A stretch of DNA of 64,000 nucleotides, taken from Nitrospirota bacterium. GTDB lineage: Bacteria > Nitrospirota > Thermodesulfovibrionia > Thermodesulfovibrionales > UBA6898. Within the stretch, counting starts at the first letter, position 1; the number at the start of each line of letters is the position of its first letter. The translations under genes and the position numbers were made by a program. Of the stretch, positions 48,329-57,060 are shown piece by piece. The notes under the pieces were generated by a model that worked only from the letters and a program-made list of their open reading frames with translations, was not told the DNA's origin and searched no databases. The DNA is taken from positions 13,955 through 77,954 of the forward strand of contig JAJRYC010000038.1 in assembly GCA_024275975.1 (NCBI GenBank), given 5' to 3'.

Positions 48329-48708
48329 TTTTCTCCTTTCTTTAAAAGTTGATTTGTTAAGTATGATAACGTTCCAACTATACCTGCCCTTAAACTCTTC
48401 ACCCTTAAGGAGACAGTTGACTTAAAAAACTCATCCGCCGCCGCACTGACAGCGTATATCTTCTGCCCGGCCTCATTTATAGAACCGGAAAATTCCCTGA
48501 CATCCGCAGTTACGTTATTAATATTCTCTGATATATTCTTCAAGTCCTTTAACGTGAGGTGCAGTTCTTCCAGTGCGGGATTAAGCTTCTCTTCAGTTGA
48601 TCGTCTCAGCGCAACGGATGTTCGCCTTGCTTCAATAAGCAGGGGGATTAAAAAAGCAACTACAGCCAGAACCGAAACAGTGATCACTACCATTAGAATA
48701 TCAAACAT
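48325..48708 (-). CDS. DUF948-like membrane protein
   Basis: N-terminal TM plus a helical region. The usual partner of YtxH. A 4-nt overlap links the two genes. Confidence 0.55.
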   Translation of the reverse strand: MFDILMVVITVSVLAVVAFLIPLLIEARRTSVALRRSTEEKLNPALEELHLTLKDLKNISENINNVTADVREFSGSINEAGQKIYAVSAAADEFFKSTVSLRVKSLRAGIVGTLSYLTNQLLKKGEK

Positions 48709-48856
48709 CCATTGCCTCCTTGATGATCTTAATTATATCACATTTTTTATAAATCCTATTTTTTTCACCATACCGTTCGTCCATAACCAGCCGTGCGGGG
48801 TCCCCCGGAGCTTGGGCTTATCATCGTCATCCAGTTTTATGTTATTCTTTACAACC

Positions 48857-49960
48857 ATGGATGACGAACGCTTTATCAGAAGGACGATAGCTCTGGCCGC
48901 GCGCGCGAAAAGCATGACCAGCCCTAATCCCATGGTTGGGGCCCTGGTCGTAAAAAACGGCAGAATAATATCCGAGGCCTACCATAAAAAAGCCGGAACA
49001 CCTCATGCCGAGGTACTGGCAATAGGCAATGCGCCTGATAGTGTCAGGGGCGCCAGCCTTTATGTAAGCCTTGAGCCTTGCTGCCACAAAGACAAGAGGA
49101 CCCCGCCATGCACAAAAAAAATTATAGCCTCCGGCATAAAAAAAGTCGTAATCTCGATGAAAGACCCCAATCCAAAGGTCTCGGGGAAAGGCATCAAAGA
49201 GTTAAGGAAGGCAGGGATAGAGGTAATCTCCGGTGTCCTGGAAGATGAGTCAGGAAGGCTCAACGAATCATATATCAAATATATAACAACGGGCATGCCC
49301 TTCGTAACCCTGAAGGTGGCGATGACCTTGGACGGGAAAATAGCCACGCCCGAAGGCGAATCGAAATGGATTACAGGCGAGAAGGCTAGAAGGATGGTCC
49401 ACAGGCTGAGAGGCCGTGTCGACGCTGTTATGACTGCCATAGGAACGGTAAAGGCAGACAATCCACGCCTGACATGCAGGACCGGAAACTATAAAAACCC
49501 TACACGTATAATAATAGACCCTGACCTGGAGATATCAGTCGACTCAAATGTATTATTAACACCGCCCGATACCTTCATCGTAGCCAGAAAAACAGCGGCG
49601 CGGGTTGCCGGGAGGGCATTCAGCGAGAAGAAAAAACTTTTATCGGAAAGAAATATCAGGATAATAGAATATGAGGGGGGGAAAGCCGATCTTCAGAGGC
49701 TGATGAAAGAGCTCGGCGGGACCAATATCACTTCAGTCCTGGTTGAAGGGGGTTCATCTCTGAACTCCCGCTGTCTTGAAGAGGAGATTGTCGATAAGGT
49801 CATGTTTTTTATAGCCCCAAAGATTATCGGCGGCAGGGAATCATTTCCGTCCGTCGGAGGAAAGACTTACAGAAGCCTTCAAGGCGCCCACAGGCTAAAA
49901 GATTTAAAAATAAAGAGGATCGGCGATGATATTCTGGTCGAAGGATACATTCGGAAGTAA
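48857..49960 (+). CDS. ribD: Bifunctional riboflavin biosynthesis deaminase/reductase RibD
   Basis: SPNPMVGALVV...HAEVLA...PCCH...PPC deaminase motifs plus a C-terminal reductase domain. The track ORF opens far upstream, at 48554. Confidence 0.92.
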   Translation: MDDERFIRRTIALAARAKSMTSPNPMVGALVVKNGRIISEAYHKKAGTPHAEVLAIGNAPDSVRGASLYVSLEPCCHKDKRTPPCTKKIIASGIKKVVISMKDPNPKVSGKGIKELRKAGIEVISGVLEDESGRLNESYIKYITTGMPFVTLKVAMTLDGKIATPEGESKWITGEKARRMVHRLRGRVDAVMTAIGTVKADNPRLTCRTGNYKNPTRIIIDPDLEISVDSNVLLTPPDTFIVARKTAARVAGRAFSEKKKLLSERNIRIIEYEGGKADLQRLMKELGGTNITSVLVEGGSSLNSRCLEEEIVDKVMFFIAPKIIGGRESFPSVGGKTYRSLQGAHRLKDLKIKRIGDDILVEGYIRK

Positions 49961-49976
49961 GCCCATACTTTAAAGG

Positions 49977-50606
49977 CTAGACTCTCGGCTTGGCCATTAT
50001 CTCCAGTACTCTTAAATCCAGAAACCTCTTTGAAGCGGCGGATTTCAGCACCATCACGGTATCCGCGCCGTATGCCGTACCGGCAACGGCTATGACCTCT
50101 TCGCCTTCCGGGACAAGTCCTCCGTCCGCAGCCATCATGACGATCTCACAACACACCTTTGCACCTTCCCCGAATCTTCTTAATGACTGGGCGATAAGCA
50201 TCGCCGGATAAATACCGCTAAAACCGGCGGCCAGTGATGTCTCTATTGAATGGGTAAGTATAGTCCCTGTGTACATTGCGGCCCCGTTTGCCTTGATCCG
50301 GGCCTTCACCTCATCGGACAATTCAACTTTATTCGGCCCTTTAAATCCGGCGGAATGGGTGACAACAACCAGGTTCAGGCCGCTGTCACGCAGGGCGTCC
50401 GAAAATAAAAGCCCGGTCTCTCCGCGAGTTGACGCGACAACAACATGTCTGTAAGCCCCTTCCTTCAGCGCATCATGAACGATCTTAAGGCATTCTCCCG
50501 TATTATCTTCCCCCGTCTTTTCAAAATATACAATTTTCTTTTCCATGTCCGCTATTATATCATAAAGGTCAGCGTGATCAAACAAACTTTGGATATGTCC
50601 CGGCAT
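49977..50606 (-). CDS. Pyruvate-kinase C-terminal (alpha/beta) domain-like protein
   Basis: KIVYFEKTGEDNT...VVVASTRGETG...VVVTH...MAADGG pattern. The start may be the internal MEKKIVYF at 50546. Ends at TAG. Confidence 0.55.
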   Translation of the reverse strand: MPGHIQSLFDHADLYDIIADMEKKIVYFEKTGEDNTGECLKIVHDALKEGAYRHVVVASTRGETGLLFSDALRDSGLNLVVVTHSAGFKGPNKVELSDEVKARIKANGAAMYTGTILTHSIETSLAAGFSGIYPAMLIAQSLRRFGEGAKVCCEIVMMAADGGLVPEGEEVIAVAGTAYGADTVMVLKSAASKRFLDLRVLEIMAKPRV

Positions 50607-51097
50607 TCCCTGTTGTCATTTTCCGTCGGAAGTAATAAGGCTATCCGGGAATATAAAATAAAAATCATGCCGACAAAACATAGTGGATTCTTAAGGCTGT
50701 AGATAATAGATTACGGCCGGCGACTCAAAACCGGCTGAAACCTGCAGAAATCCGCAAAAAATTGGAAATCCAGCACTTTTTGTGCTACCATATAAAATGT
50801 ATAGCAAACTACACTCTCATCACTATCAACAGCAAAAATTTATCAATATATCACTACGGTGTTTACCCGTGAAGGAACACACAGATTCACCCGAATGGCG
50901 TCAGATTCAGTTGTTCTTTTGATTCTGCTGATTTGTTCGTTGAGCAGCACCACGGAATTACCCGTTGGTATCTACAAAGATTATAGGAATCAATAATATC
51001 TTGCATACAAAGAACAGCAAGTTACTAAACGTCCGCGAAAGTCTGTGCACCGGACTACCCGGAAGCCTTAAGGGAAGATTAAACCGATGGTTTGCGC

Positions 51098-51115
51098 CTG
51101 TCAGAGAAGTGTCTG
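51098..51115 (+). promoter_or_regulatory. Weak Pho-box-like direct repeat
   Basis: CTGTCAG-agaa-GTGTCTG compared with the CTGTCAT-N4-CTGTCAT consensus. It sits about 8-10 nt upstream of an A/T-rich -10-like TAAAAAAT (51123-51130). Confidence 0.2.
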
Positions 51116-51145
51116 CGTCCCTTAAAAAATCAGATAAAGGAGCTC

Positions 51146-51174
51146 TTGACCGCCCGGGAGACCGGGGATATATT
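51146..51174 (+). promoter_or_regulatory. Candidate sigma70-type promoter of the 51.2-59.3 kb cluster
   Basis: TTGACC, 17-nt spacer, TATATT. It ends 20 nt before ATG 51195, implying a very short leader with no SD. Confidence 0.4.
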
Positions 51175-51194
51175 CAATAACCGCATCTGTTCCA

Positions 51195-53309
51195 ATGAAA
51201 AAAATTGTTATACTTTTAACTCTATCTGTTTTACTTATGCTCTCAGGCGTCGAAGATGTCCAGGCATACATCGGCCCTGGTGCGGGGTTTGCCTTTATAT
51301 CATCCTTTTTCATTCTTCTCGTCTCTGTTCTACTGGCCATAATGACAATTCTTTTCTGGCCGCTCAGTCTTGTTATCAGAAGCCTGAAAATAAAAAAGCG
51401 CTCATCGTTAAGACATGATACCACACGTATAATCATAGTGGGGCTGGACGGGCTGGATCCTGACCTGGCCACACGGTATATGCAGGAAGGCAAACTTCCA
51501 AATCTCTCTAAAATCAGCAATACCGGTACATTTAAAAAACTCCGGACGACTCTTCCTCCGATCTCTCCAGTGGCCTGGTCCACCTTTACCACGGGTGTCG
51601 ATCCGTCACGTCATAATATCTTCGACTTTTTAAACCGTGATCTTCGCACGTATCTTCCCGAGCTCTCATCAACAAAGATTGAAACAGGCTCCAGGAGCCT
51701 GTCAATCGGAAAATATTCGATTCCCCTCGGCAAACCAAGTGTCAAACTGCTAAGAAAAGGCAAACCATTCTGGAGCCTTCTGGGTAAATACGGTATCTTC
51801 AGCGCGATCATCAGGGTTCCTATCACATATCCACCGGAAAAGCTGGGCGGAGTGCTTCTGTCGGGAATGTGCGTACCGGACTTAAAGGGCACCCAGGGGA
51901 CCTTTACCAGCTATACATCCGGCAATGATTCTTCTGAAAAAAAAACGGGTGGAGTACAGATCCAGGTCAAGCGGGATGGTGACAGGATTAAAACGTATAT
52001 CCCCGGGCCTGATAATTCCCTGCTCAAAAATAACGAAGAGATGCGGATTCCCCTGAACATTACGATCAATGGCGGCGATGAAGCAGTCCTGGAGATCCCA
52101 AAAGAAAAAATCAGGCTCAAAAAAGACACCTATTCTCCCTGGGTTAAACTGACCTTCAGTGCCGGTCCCGGCGTGAAGATTCGTGGAATCTGCCGTTTTT
52201 ATATAAAAGAGCTCAAGCCTGACTTCGACATGTACATGACACCCATAAATATCGATCCGGAATCGCCTTCGCTTCCTATATCATCTCCATATTCTTATTC
52301 TGTTTATCTGGCCAAGATAATGGGTAGTTACGCCACACTTGGCCTTGCCGAATACACATGGGCATTAAACGAAAGAGTGATCGATGAAGATATCTTTCTG
52401 GAGCAGGCGTATGATCACCACGAAGAAAGAGAAGCCATGCTTTTTAACGCCCTGGATAAAACAAAAAACGGCCTGTGCGTGTGTGTGTTTGACACCACTG
52501 ACAGGATCCAGCATATGTTTATGCGTTTCATCGCTGAAGATCATCCTGCTCATGCTATCGATGTGGCCAGGGAAGCTTACGCCGACACGATAGAACAGCT
52601 CTATATCAGGATGGATGAGATGATCGGCAGGGTGATGAAATCCATTAATAAGGATGATGTTCTGATGGTGATTTCCGACCATGGATTCAAGCAGTTCAAG
52701 CGCGGCGTCAACCTGAACTCATGGCTTTATAAAAACGGATATCTGGCGCTGAAAGATGGAAAAGAGACGGGCGATGACTGGTTCAGGGATATCGACTGGG
52801 AAAACACCAGGGCCTATACCTTCGGCCTGAGCGGTATTTATATAAGCGAAAAAGGAAGAGAAGCAAAAGGGGTTGTCTCCGCCGCAGAGAAAGAGGAGTT
52901 GAAGGCGGAGTTGATAAGCAGGCTCCGGGGTTTGCCCGATGACGAAACAGGCGGGACCGCGATAAAAGAAGTTTATGATATTACAGAACACTACGATGGG
53001 CCATACCGTGAGAACGGCCCTGACCTGATCATAGGATACAACGAAGGGTACAGGGCGTCATGGGGCGCTGCCGTCGGCAGCGTGAACGCGCATATATTTG
53101 AAGACAATAACAAAAGCTGGAGCGGTGACCACTGCATGGATCCCAGTCTTGTCCCTGGAGTCTTCTTCTGCAACAGGAATGTCCAGGATGACAATCCGCA
53201 TATAAAGGACATAGCACCTACGGTCCTGGATTTATTCGGAGTCGAAATTCCACCTTACATGAACGGGAAGCCCTTGATCAGTACAATAAAACCGGAGGAC
53301 CAAAGATGA
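51195..53309 (+). CDS. Alkaline-phosphatase-superfamily enzyme (type I phosphodiesterase / nucleotide pyrophosphatase-like), membrane-anchored
   Basis: Signal/TM region with YIGPGAGFAF, then IIIVGLDGLDP, PPISPVAWSTFTTGVDPSRHNIFDF, and ISDHGF. Confidence 0.75.
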   Translation: MKKIVILLTLSVLLMLSGVEDVQAYIGPGAGFAFISSFFILLVSVLLAIMTILFWPLSLVIRSLKIKKRSSLRHDTTRIIIVGLDGLDPDLATRYMQEGKLPNLSKISNTGTFKKLRTTLPPISPVAWSTFTTGVDPSRHNIFDFLNRDLRTYLPELSSTKIETGSRSLSIGKYSIPLGKPSVKLLRKGKPFWSLLGKYGIFSAIIRVPITYPPEKLGGVLLSGMCVPDLKGTQGTFTSYTSGNDSSEKKTGGVQIQVKRDGDRIKTYIPGPDNSLLKNNEEMRIPLNITINGGDEAVLEIPKEKIRLKKDTYSPWVKLTFSAGPGVKIRGICRFYIKELKPDFDMYMTPINIDPESPSLPISSPYSYSVYLAKIMGSYATLGLAEYTWALNERVIDEDIFLEQAYDHHEEREAMLFNALDKTKNGLCVCVFDTTDRIQHMFMRFIAEDHPAHAIDVAREAYADTIEQLYIRMDEMIGRVMKSINKDDVLMVISDHGFKQFKRGVNLNSWLYKNGYLALKDGKETGDDWFRDIDWENTRAYTFGLSGIYISEKGREAKGVVSAAEKEELKAELISRLRGLPDDETGGTAIKEVYDITEHYDGPYRENGPDLIIGYNEGYRASWGAAVGSVNAHIFEDNNKSWSGDHCMDPSLVPGVFFCNRNVQDDNPHIKDIAPTVLDLFGVEIPPYMNGKPLISTIKPEDQR

Positions 53310-53375
53310 AACAATCATCTGCCTTCGGCAGACATAAGGAGAATGAAAATTTACAATTTACAAAATCCCCATACA

Positions 53376-53441
53376 TCCTCCTTTTCCAAAGGGGGACATC
53401 CTATTTCCCCTCTTTGGCAAAGAGGGGTTAGGGGAGATTTT
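53376..53441 (+). repeat. Two adjacent REP-like palindromic modules
   Basis: TCCTCCTTTTCCAAAGGGGGA, then TCCCCTCTTTGGCAAAGAGGGGTTAGGGGAGATTTT. The second module recurs almost identically at 63634-63669. Confidence 0.85.
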
Positions 53442-53444
53442 CAA

Positions 53445-55394
53445 ATGAAACGATTTATCTTATTATTGCTTTTTTTCATCGTTGCTGTTTTTTACGCTGG
53501 AACGGTCGGCGCGGCAGAGGATTCAAAAAAGATGCTGATACTCGGTTTTGACGGTATGGACCCGGTCCTTCTGGAAAAATATATGGACGAAGGTCTAATG
53601 CCCAATTTTAAACGCCTCGCCGAAGAAGGCGATTTCAAGCCTCTTACCACCTCCATGCCGCCGCAGAGTCCCGTGGCATGGTCAAATTTGATTACCGGCA
53701 TGAATCCCGGGGGGCATGGCATCTTCGGCTTCATCGCCAGAGACCCGAAGACTTACCTGCCATATCTTTCGACATCCAAGACAATCGGGGGCGACAGCAC
53801 GTTTGAAATAGGTGAGTGGGTTATTCCTTTTTCGAAGACTGAAACAATCCTCCTCAGAAAAGGAAAGCCCTTCTGGGAAATTCTTGACGGCAATGATGTC
53901 CCCGCGACGGTGATTAAGATCCCGGCAAACTTTCCGCCGAATAAATCCGGGGCGAAGACCATCTCCGGTATGGGAACACCCGACATACTCGGAACATATG
54001 GAACTTTCACCTTCTATACCACCAAAAAGATAGACGACGGAGAGGAAGTCACAAGCGGCAGCGTTGTAAATATACATTTTTCTAATAATTCCGTAAAAAC
54101 GAAACTGACGGGGCCTCCCAATCCCTTCAGGGTCGATAAGGCCGAAACCAGCCTCGAACTGAATATAACCGTGGATCCTGAACACCCGGTAGCGCTGATC
54201 CAGGTGGATGATAACGAAATGCTTCTGAAAGAAGGGGAATGGAGTGACTGGGCGAAGGTCGAATTTAAATTTGCGCCCCTTCAGTCTTTAACCGGAATCT
54301 GCAGGTTCTACCTGATGAAAGTCAGGCCGGATTTTGAGCTGTACGTATCTCCGATCAATATCGACCCCTTCAGTCCATCCGCCACAATAAGCACGCCGGA
54401 TAACTATGCGGCCCAAATGGCTGACGGAATCGGATATTTCTATACCCAGGGGATGCCTGAAGATACAAAGGCACTGGACCAGGACTTTCTGCATAACGAC
54501 GACTTTCTGGAATTGTCGGAGTTCATAAAAAAAGAAAGGATCAGGATGCTTGATATGGAGTTGAAGCGATTTGATTCAGGGCTGTTGTTTGTCTATTTCT
54601 CCACGACCGATCCTGTCCAGCATATGTTCTGGCGGAACATAGACAAGGAGCATCCCGCCTATAACCCGAAGGAGGCGGCAAAATACTCCAATACCATCCA
54701 AAACACATATGAAGCAATGGATGCTGTTCTCGGAGATACGGTAAAAAAGATCGATGACAATACCACTCTTATCGTGCTGTCAGACCACGGCTTCGGTCCT
54801 TTTCGCAGATACTTCCACCTGAACACCTGGCTGAAGGAGAATGGATATATTAATTTTACCGACAAAAACCTGAAAAGCAGCGGCGCTTTTTTCGAAAATG
54901 TGGATTTCAATCAGACCAGGGCGTACGCCCTCGGCTTTAATGGAATTTATATAAATCTCAGGGGCAGAGAGGGCATAGGTATTGTATCGGATGGGCGGGA
55001 AAAAGAGAAACTGCTTGATGAGCTTATCAAAAAACTGGAAGCCGTTATTGACCCGGCCACAGGGGAGAAGGTCATTAATAAAGTCTATAAAAGCGAAGAA
55101 CTATATTCCGGTGAATATGTTAAAGACGCGCCTGATCTCCTTATAGGTTACAACAGGGGCTACCGCGCCTCATGGGAGACCGCGCTGGGTAAAGTACCCG
55201 AAGGACTTCTCGGCGACAACATGAAAAAATGGAGCGGGACCCATTTATGGGATTACAAACTGGTACCGGGCGTTATTCTGTCAAACAGAAAGATTAAAAC
55301 AGAAGGTCCGGCACTGTATGATATCGCGCCGACCATACTGCAAGAGTTCGGCATCGAAAAAGACAAGAATATGGTTGGAGGACCTATTTTCTGA
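53445..55394 (+). CDS. Alkaline-phosphatase-superfamily enzyme, paralogue of 51195-53309
   Basis: Start at MKRFILLLLFFIVAVFYAG (signal peptide), then MLILGFDGMDP, PPQSPVAWSNLITGMNPGGHGIFGF, and LSDHGF. Confidence 0.75.
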   Translation: MKRFILLLLFFIVAVFYAGTVGAAEDSKKMLILGFDGMDPVLLEKYMDEGLMPNFKRLAEEGDFKPLTTSMPPQSPVAWSNLITGMNPGGHGIFGFIARDPKTYLPYLSTSKTIGGDSTFEIGEWVIPFSKTETILLRKGKPFWEILDGNDVPATVIKIPANFPPNKSGAKTISGMGTPDILGTYGTFTFYTTKKIDDGEEVTSGSVVNIHFSNNSVKTKLTGPPNPFRVDKAETSLELNITVDPEHPVALIQVDDNEMLLKEGEWSDWAKVEFKFAPLQSLTGICRFYLMKVRPDFELYVSPINIDPFSPSATISTPDNYAAQMADGIGYFYTQGMPEDTKALDQDFLHNDDFLELSEFIKKERIRMLDMELKRFDSGLLFVYFSTTDPVQHMFWRNIDKEHPAYNPKEAAKYSNTIQNTYEAMDAVLGDTVKKIDDNTTLIVLSDHGFGPFRRYFHLNTWLKENGYINFTDKNLKSSGAFFENVDFNQTRAYALGFNGIYINLRGREGIGIVSDGREKEKLLDELIKKLEAVIDPATGEKVINKVYKSEELYSGEYVKDAPDLLIGYNRGYRASWETALGKVPEGLLGDNMKKWSGTHLWDYKLVPGVILSNRKIKTEGPALYDIAPTILQEFGIEKDKNMVGGPIF

Positions 55395-55409
55395 AAGAGA
55401 GGTGAAACT

Positions 55410-55601
55410 ATGTTTGGTTCAAAGATTAAAATTGATAAGGAATTATTAACCAGGGCAACGGACTACGCCGCAAAGTCCGGTTATTCATCGGTTGAGGAGT
55501 TTATAAGCCACCTTATAGAGAAAGAGATATCCAGGCAGGATGAATCCCTTTCAGAAGACAAGGTCAAGAAGAGGCTTCAGGGACTGGGGTATCTCTCGTA
55601 A
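55410..55601 (+). CDS. Small ribbon-helix-helix (CopG/Arc-like) protein
   Basis: GAGAGGTG RBS. SKIKIDKELLTRATDYAAKSGYSSVEEFISHLIEKEI fits a beta-strand/helix/helix pattern. C-terminus KRLQGLGYLS. Confidence 0.5.
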   Translation: MFGSKIKIDKELLTRATDYAAKSGYSSVEEFISHLIEKEISRQDESLSEDKVKKRLQGLGYLS

Positions 55602-55607
55602 AAATTT

Positions 55608-56435
55608 ATGAACACCATTAATTACGTCATTAATTCGATCTTCGATCTGTTTTTTTCTCCATTCAGTTCGATTGATCCTATATACGGATTGTGCGCCGTC
55701 TCTTTTCTGACGACGGTAATCATGCTTCCAATCTTTAAATACACTTCAAACCAGGAAGCCATCAGGAGAACAAAAAGCAGAATCATGGGGCATCTTCTGG
55801 AAGTAAGGCTGTTTAAAGACGATATAAGAACAGTTCTGTCAGCCCAGAAGAATATGTTGAAGTATAATATGATATACCTGAAACATATGATGAAGCCATT
55901 AATGTTTGTTATGCTTCCCGTAGTGGTTATAATCATACAGACCGGTCTTCGATACGAATACAGACCTCTTCACCCGGGAGAGACCGCTATTGTTAAGGTA
56001 AAGCTTGACAACCCGGGCAATTTGGCGGGAGGCGGTAGTGGGGTTTTGACGGCGCCCGAAGGATTGAAGATAGAGACCCCTCCCCTGCGGGTTAATGGAG
56101 GAGAGGAAATATACTGGAGAATCAGGGCGGAAAAAGACGGAGATTATGACCTGAAATTCCGTACGATTGATAAGGAGGTAAGCAAGAGAGTCGTTGTTGG
56201 TGAAAAACTGACCAGAATCTCACCAGAAGTGCTTAAAGGAGGGCTGGTAAACTCCTTTCTTTATCCGGGCGAGCCTTCGTTAAGCGGGGATTCGGGTATG
56301 GAGTATTTTGAGATTGCATATCCGTACGGGACTGTCGCGCTGTTTGGTTGGAAGATTCACTGGCTGGTGCTCTTTTTTATACTCTCTCTCGTGTTCGGAT
56401 TTCTATTGTTAAAACCTTTCAGGGTTTCTGTTTAG
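55608..56435 (+). CDS. Membrane protein, unknown function (N-terminal TM hairpin, central soluble domain, C-terminal TM)
   Basis: 275 aa. TM segments GLCAVSFLTTVIMLPIF, PLMFVMLPVVVIIIQ and WLVLFFILSLVFGFLLL. Weak likeness to YidC/DUF106-type hairpins only. Ends at TAG. Confidence 0.5.
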   Translation: MNTINYVINSIFDLFFSPFSSIDPIYGLCAVSFLTTVIMLPIFKYTSNQEAIRRTKSRIMGHLLEVRLFKDDIRTVLSAQKNMLKYNMIYLKHMMKPLMFVMLPVVVIIIQTGLRYEYRPLHPGETAIVKVKLDNPGNLAGGGSGVLTAPEGLKIETPPLRVNGGEEIYWRIRAEKDGDYDLKFRTIDKEVSKRVVVGEKLTRISPEVLKGGLVNSFLYPGEPSLSGDSGMEYFEIAYPYGTVALFGWKIHWLVLFFILSLVFGFLLLKPFRVSV

Positions 56436-56451
56436 GGAGCTAATAAATCAA

Positions 56452-57060
56452 ATGAAACGTTTATTTCAACTATTCGGAAAGAAGAAGCACCAGGACGTTA
56501 CGATTGTTTCAGGGTTGCCCCGTTCCGGCACATCAATGATGATGAAGATGCTTGAGGCCGGCGGATTGCCCCCCCTCACGGATAAACTAAGGACCGCGGA
56601 CGATGACAACCCAAAAGGTTATTATGAGTTCGAACGCGTAAAAAAACTTGATGAAGGTGATATCTCCTGGCTGTCCGAAGCCCAGGGGAAAGCAGTCAAG
56701 GTAATCTCGGCCCTGCTGACGTACCTGCCTCCAACCTATACGTACCGTGTTATATTCATGCAACGGGCCATGCCGGAGATACTGGCTTCCCAGAAGAAAA
56801 TGCTGATCCACCGACATGAAGACACGGACGACGTAAGCGATGAAGAAATGGCCGCGCTTTACACGGAGCACCTTCGGCATGTGGACTCCTGGATTGACGG
56901 TCGTCCGAACATCAGGCGTATTAATATAAACTTCAATGGAATTATTAAAAATCCGGGAGCGCACATGGAGACGATCAACAAGTTTCTGGACGGTTGCCTG
57001 GATACCGGCAAAGCAGAGGCGGTGATTGATCCCAGCCTTTATCGCCAGAAGGAGAGATAA
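56452..57060 (+). CDS. Sulfotransferase-family protein
   Basis: A PAPS 5'-phosphosulfate-binding-loop-like motif, VSGLPRSGTSMMMKML. About 200 aa and cytoplasmic. Confidence 0.7.
   Translation: MKRLFQLFGKKKHQDVTIVSGLPRSGTSMMMKMLEAGGLPPLTDKLRTADDDNPKGYYEFERVKKLDEGDISWLSEAQGKAVKVISALLTYLPPTYTYRVIFMQRAMPEILASQKKMLIHRHEDTDDVSDEEMAALYTEHLRHVDSWIDGRPNIRRININFNGIIKNPGAHMETINKFLDGCLDTGKAEAVIDPSLYRQKER

Noticed and set aside
48709-48856. FMN (RFN) riboswitch upstream of ribD
   Set aside because: Only ~148 nt are available, shared with a divergent promoter. None of the conserved RFN blocks (GGGCGGGGUGAAAUUCCC..., AAGCCGACAGU) are present.
51030-51170. RNase P-like 'GAAAGTC' string and B12-box-like 'GGGAGACCGGGG'
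   Set aside because: These are isolated short matches. The partner conserved regions (P4 3' strand; the GGUG..AAUCC..GCCACUG cobalamin core) are absent or in the wrong order. GGGAGACCGGGG lies inside the spacer of a good promoter.
53343-53444. N-terminal extension of the second AP-family ORF (MKIYNLQNPHTSSFSKGGHPISPLWQRGVRGDFQ)
   Set aside because: It is a translation of the two REP-like palindromes. A proper signal peptide starts at ATG 53445.
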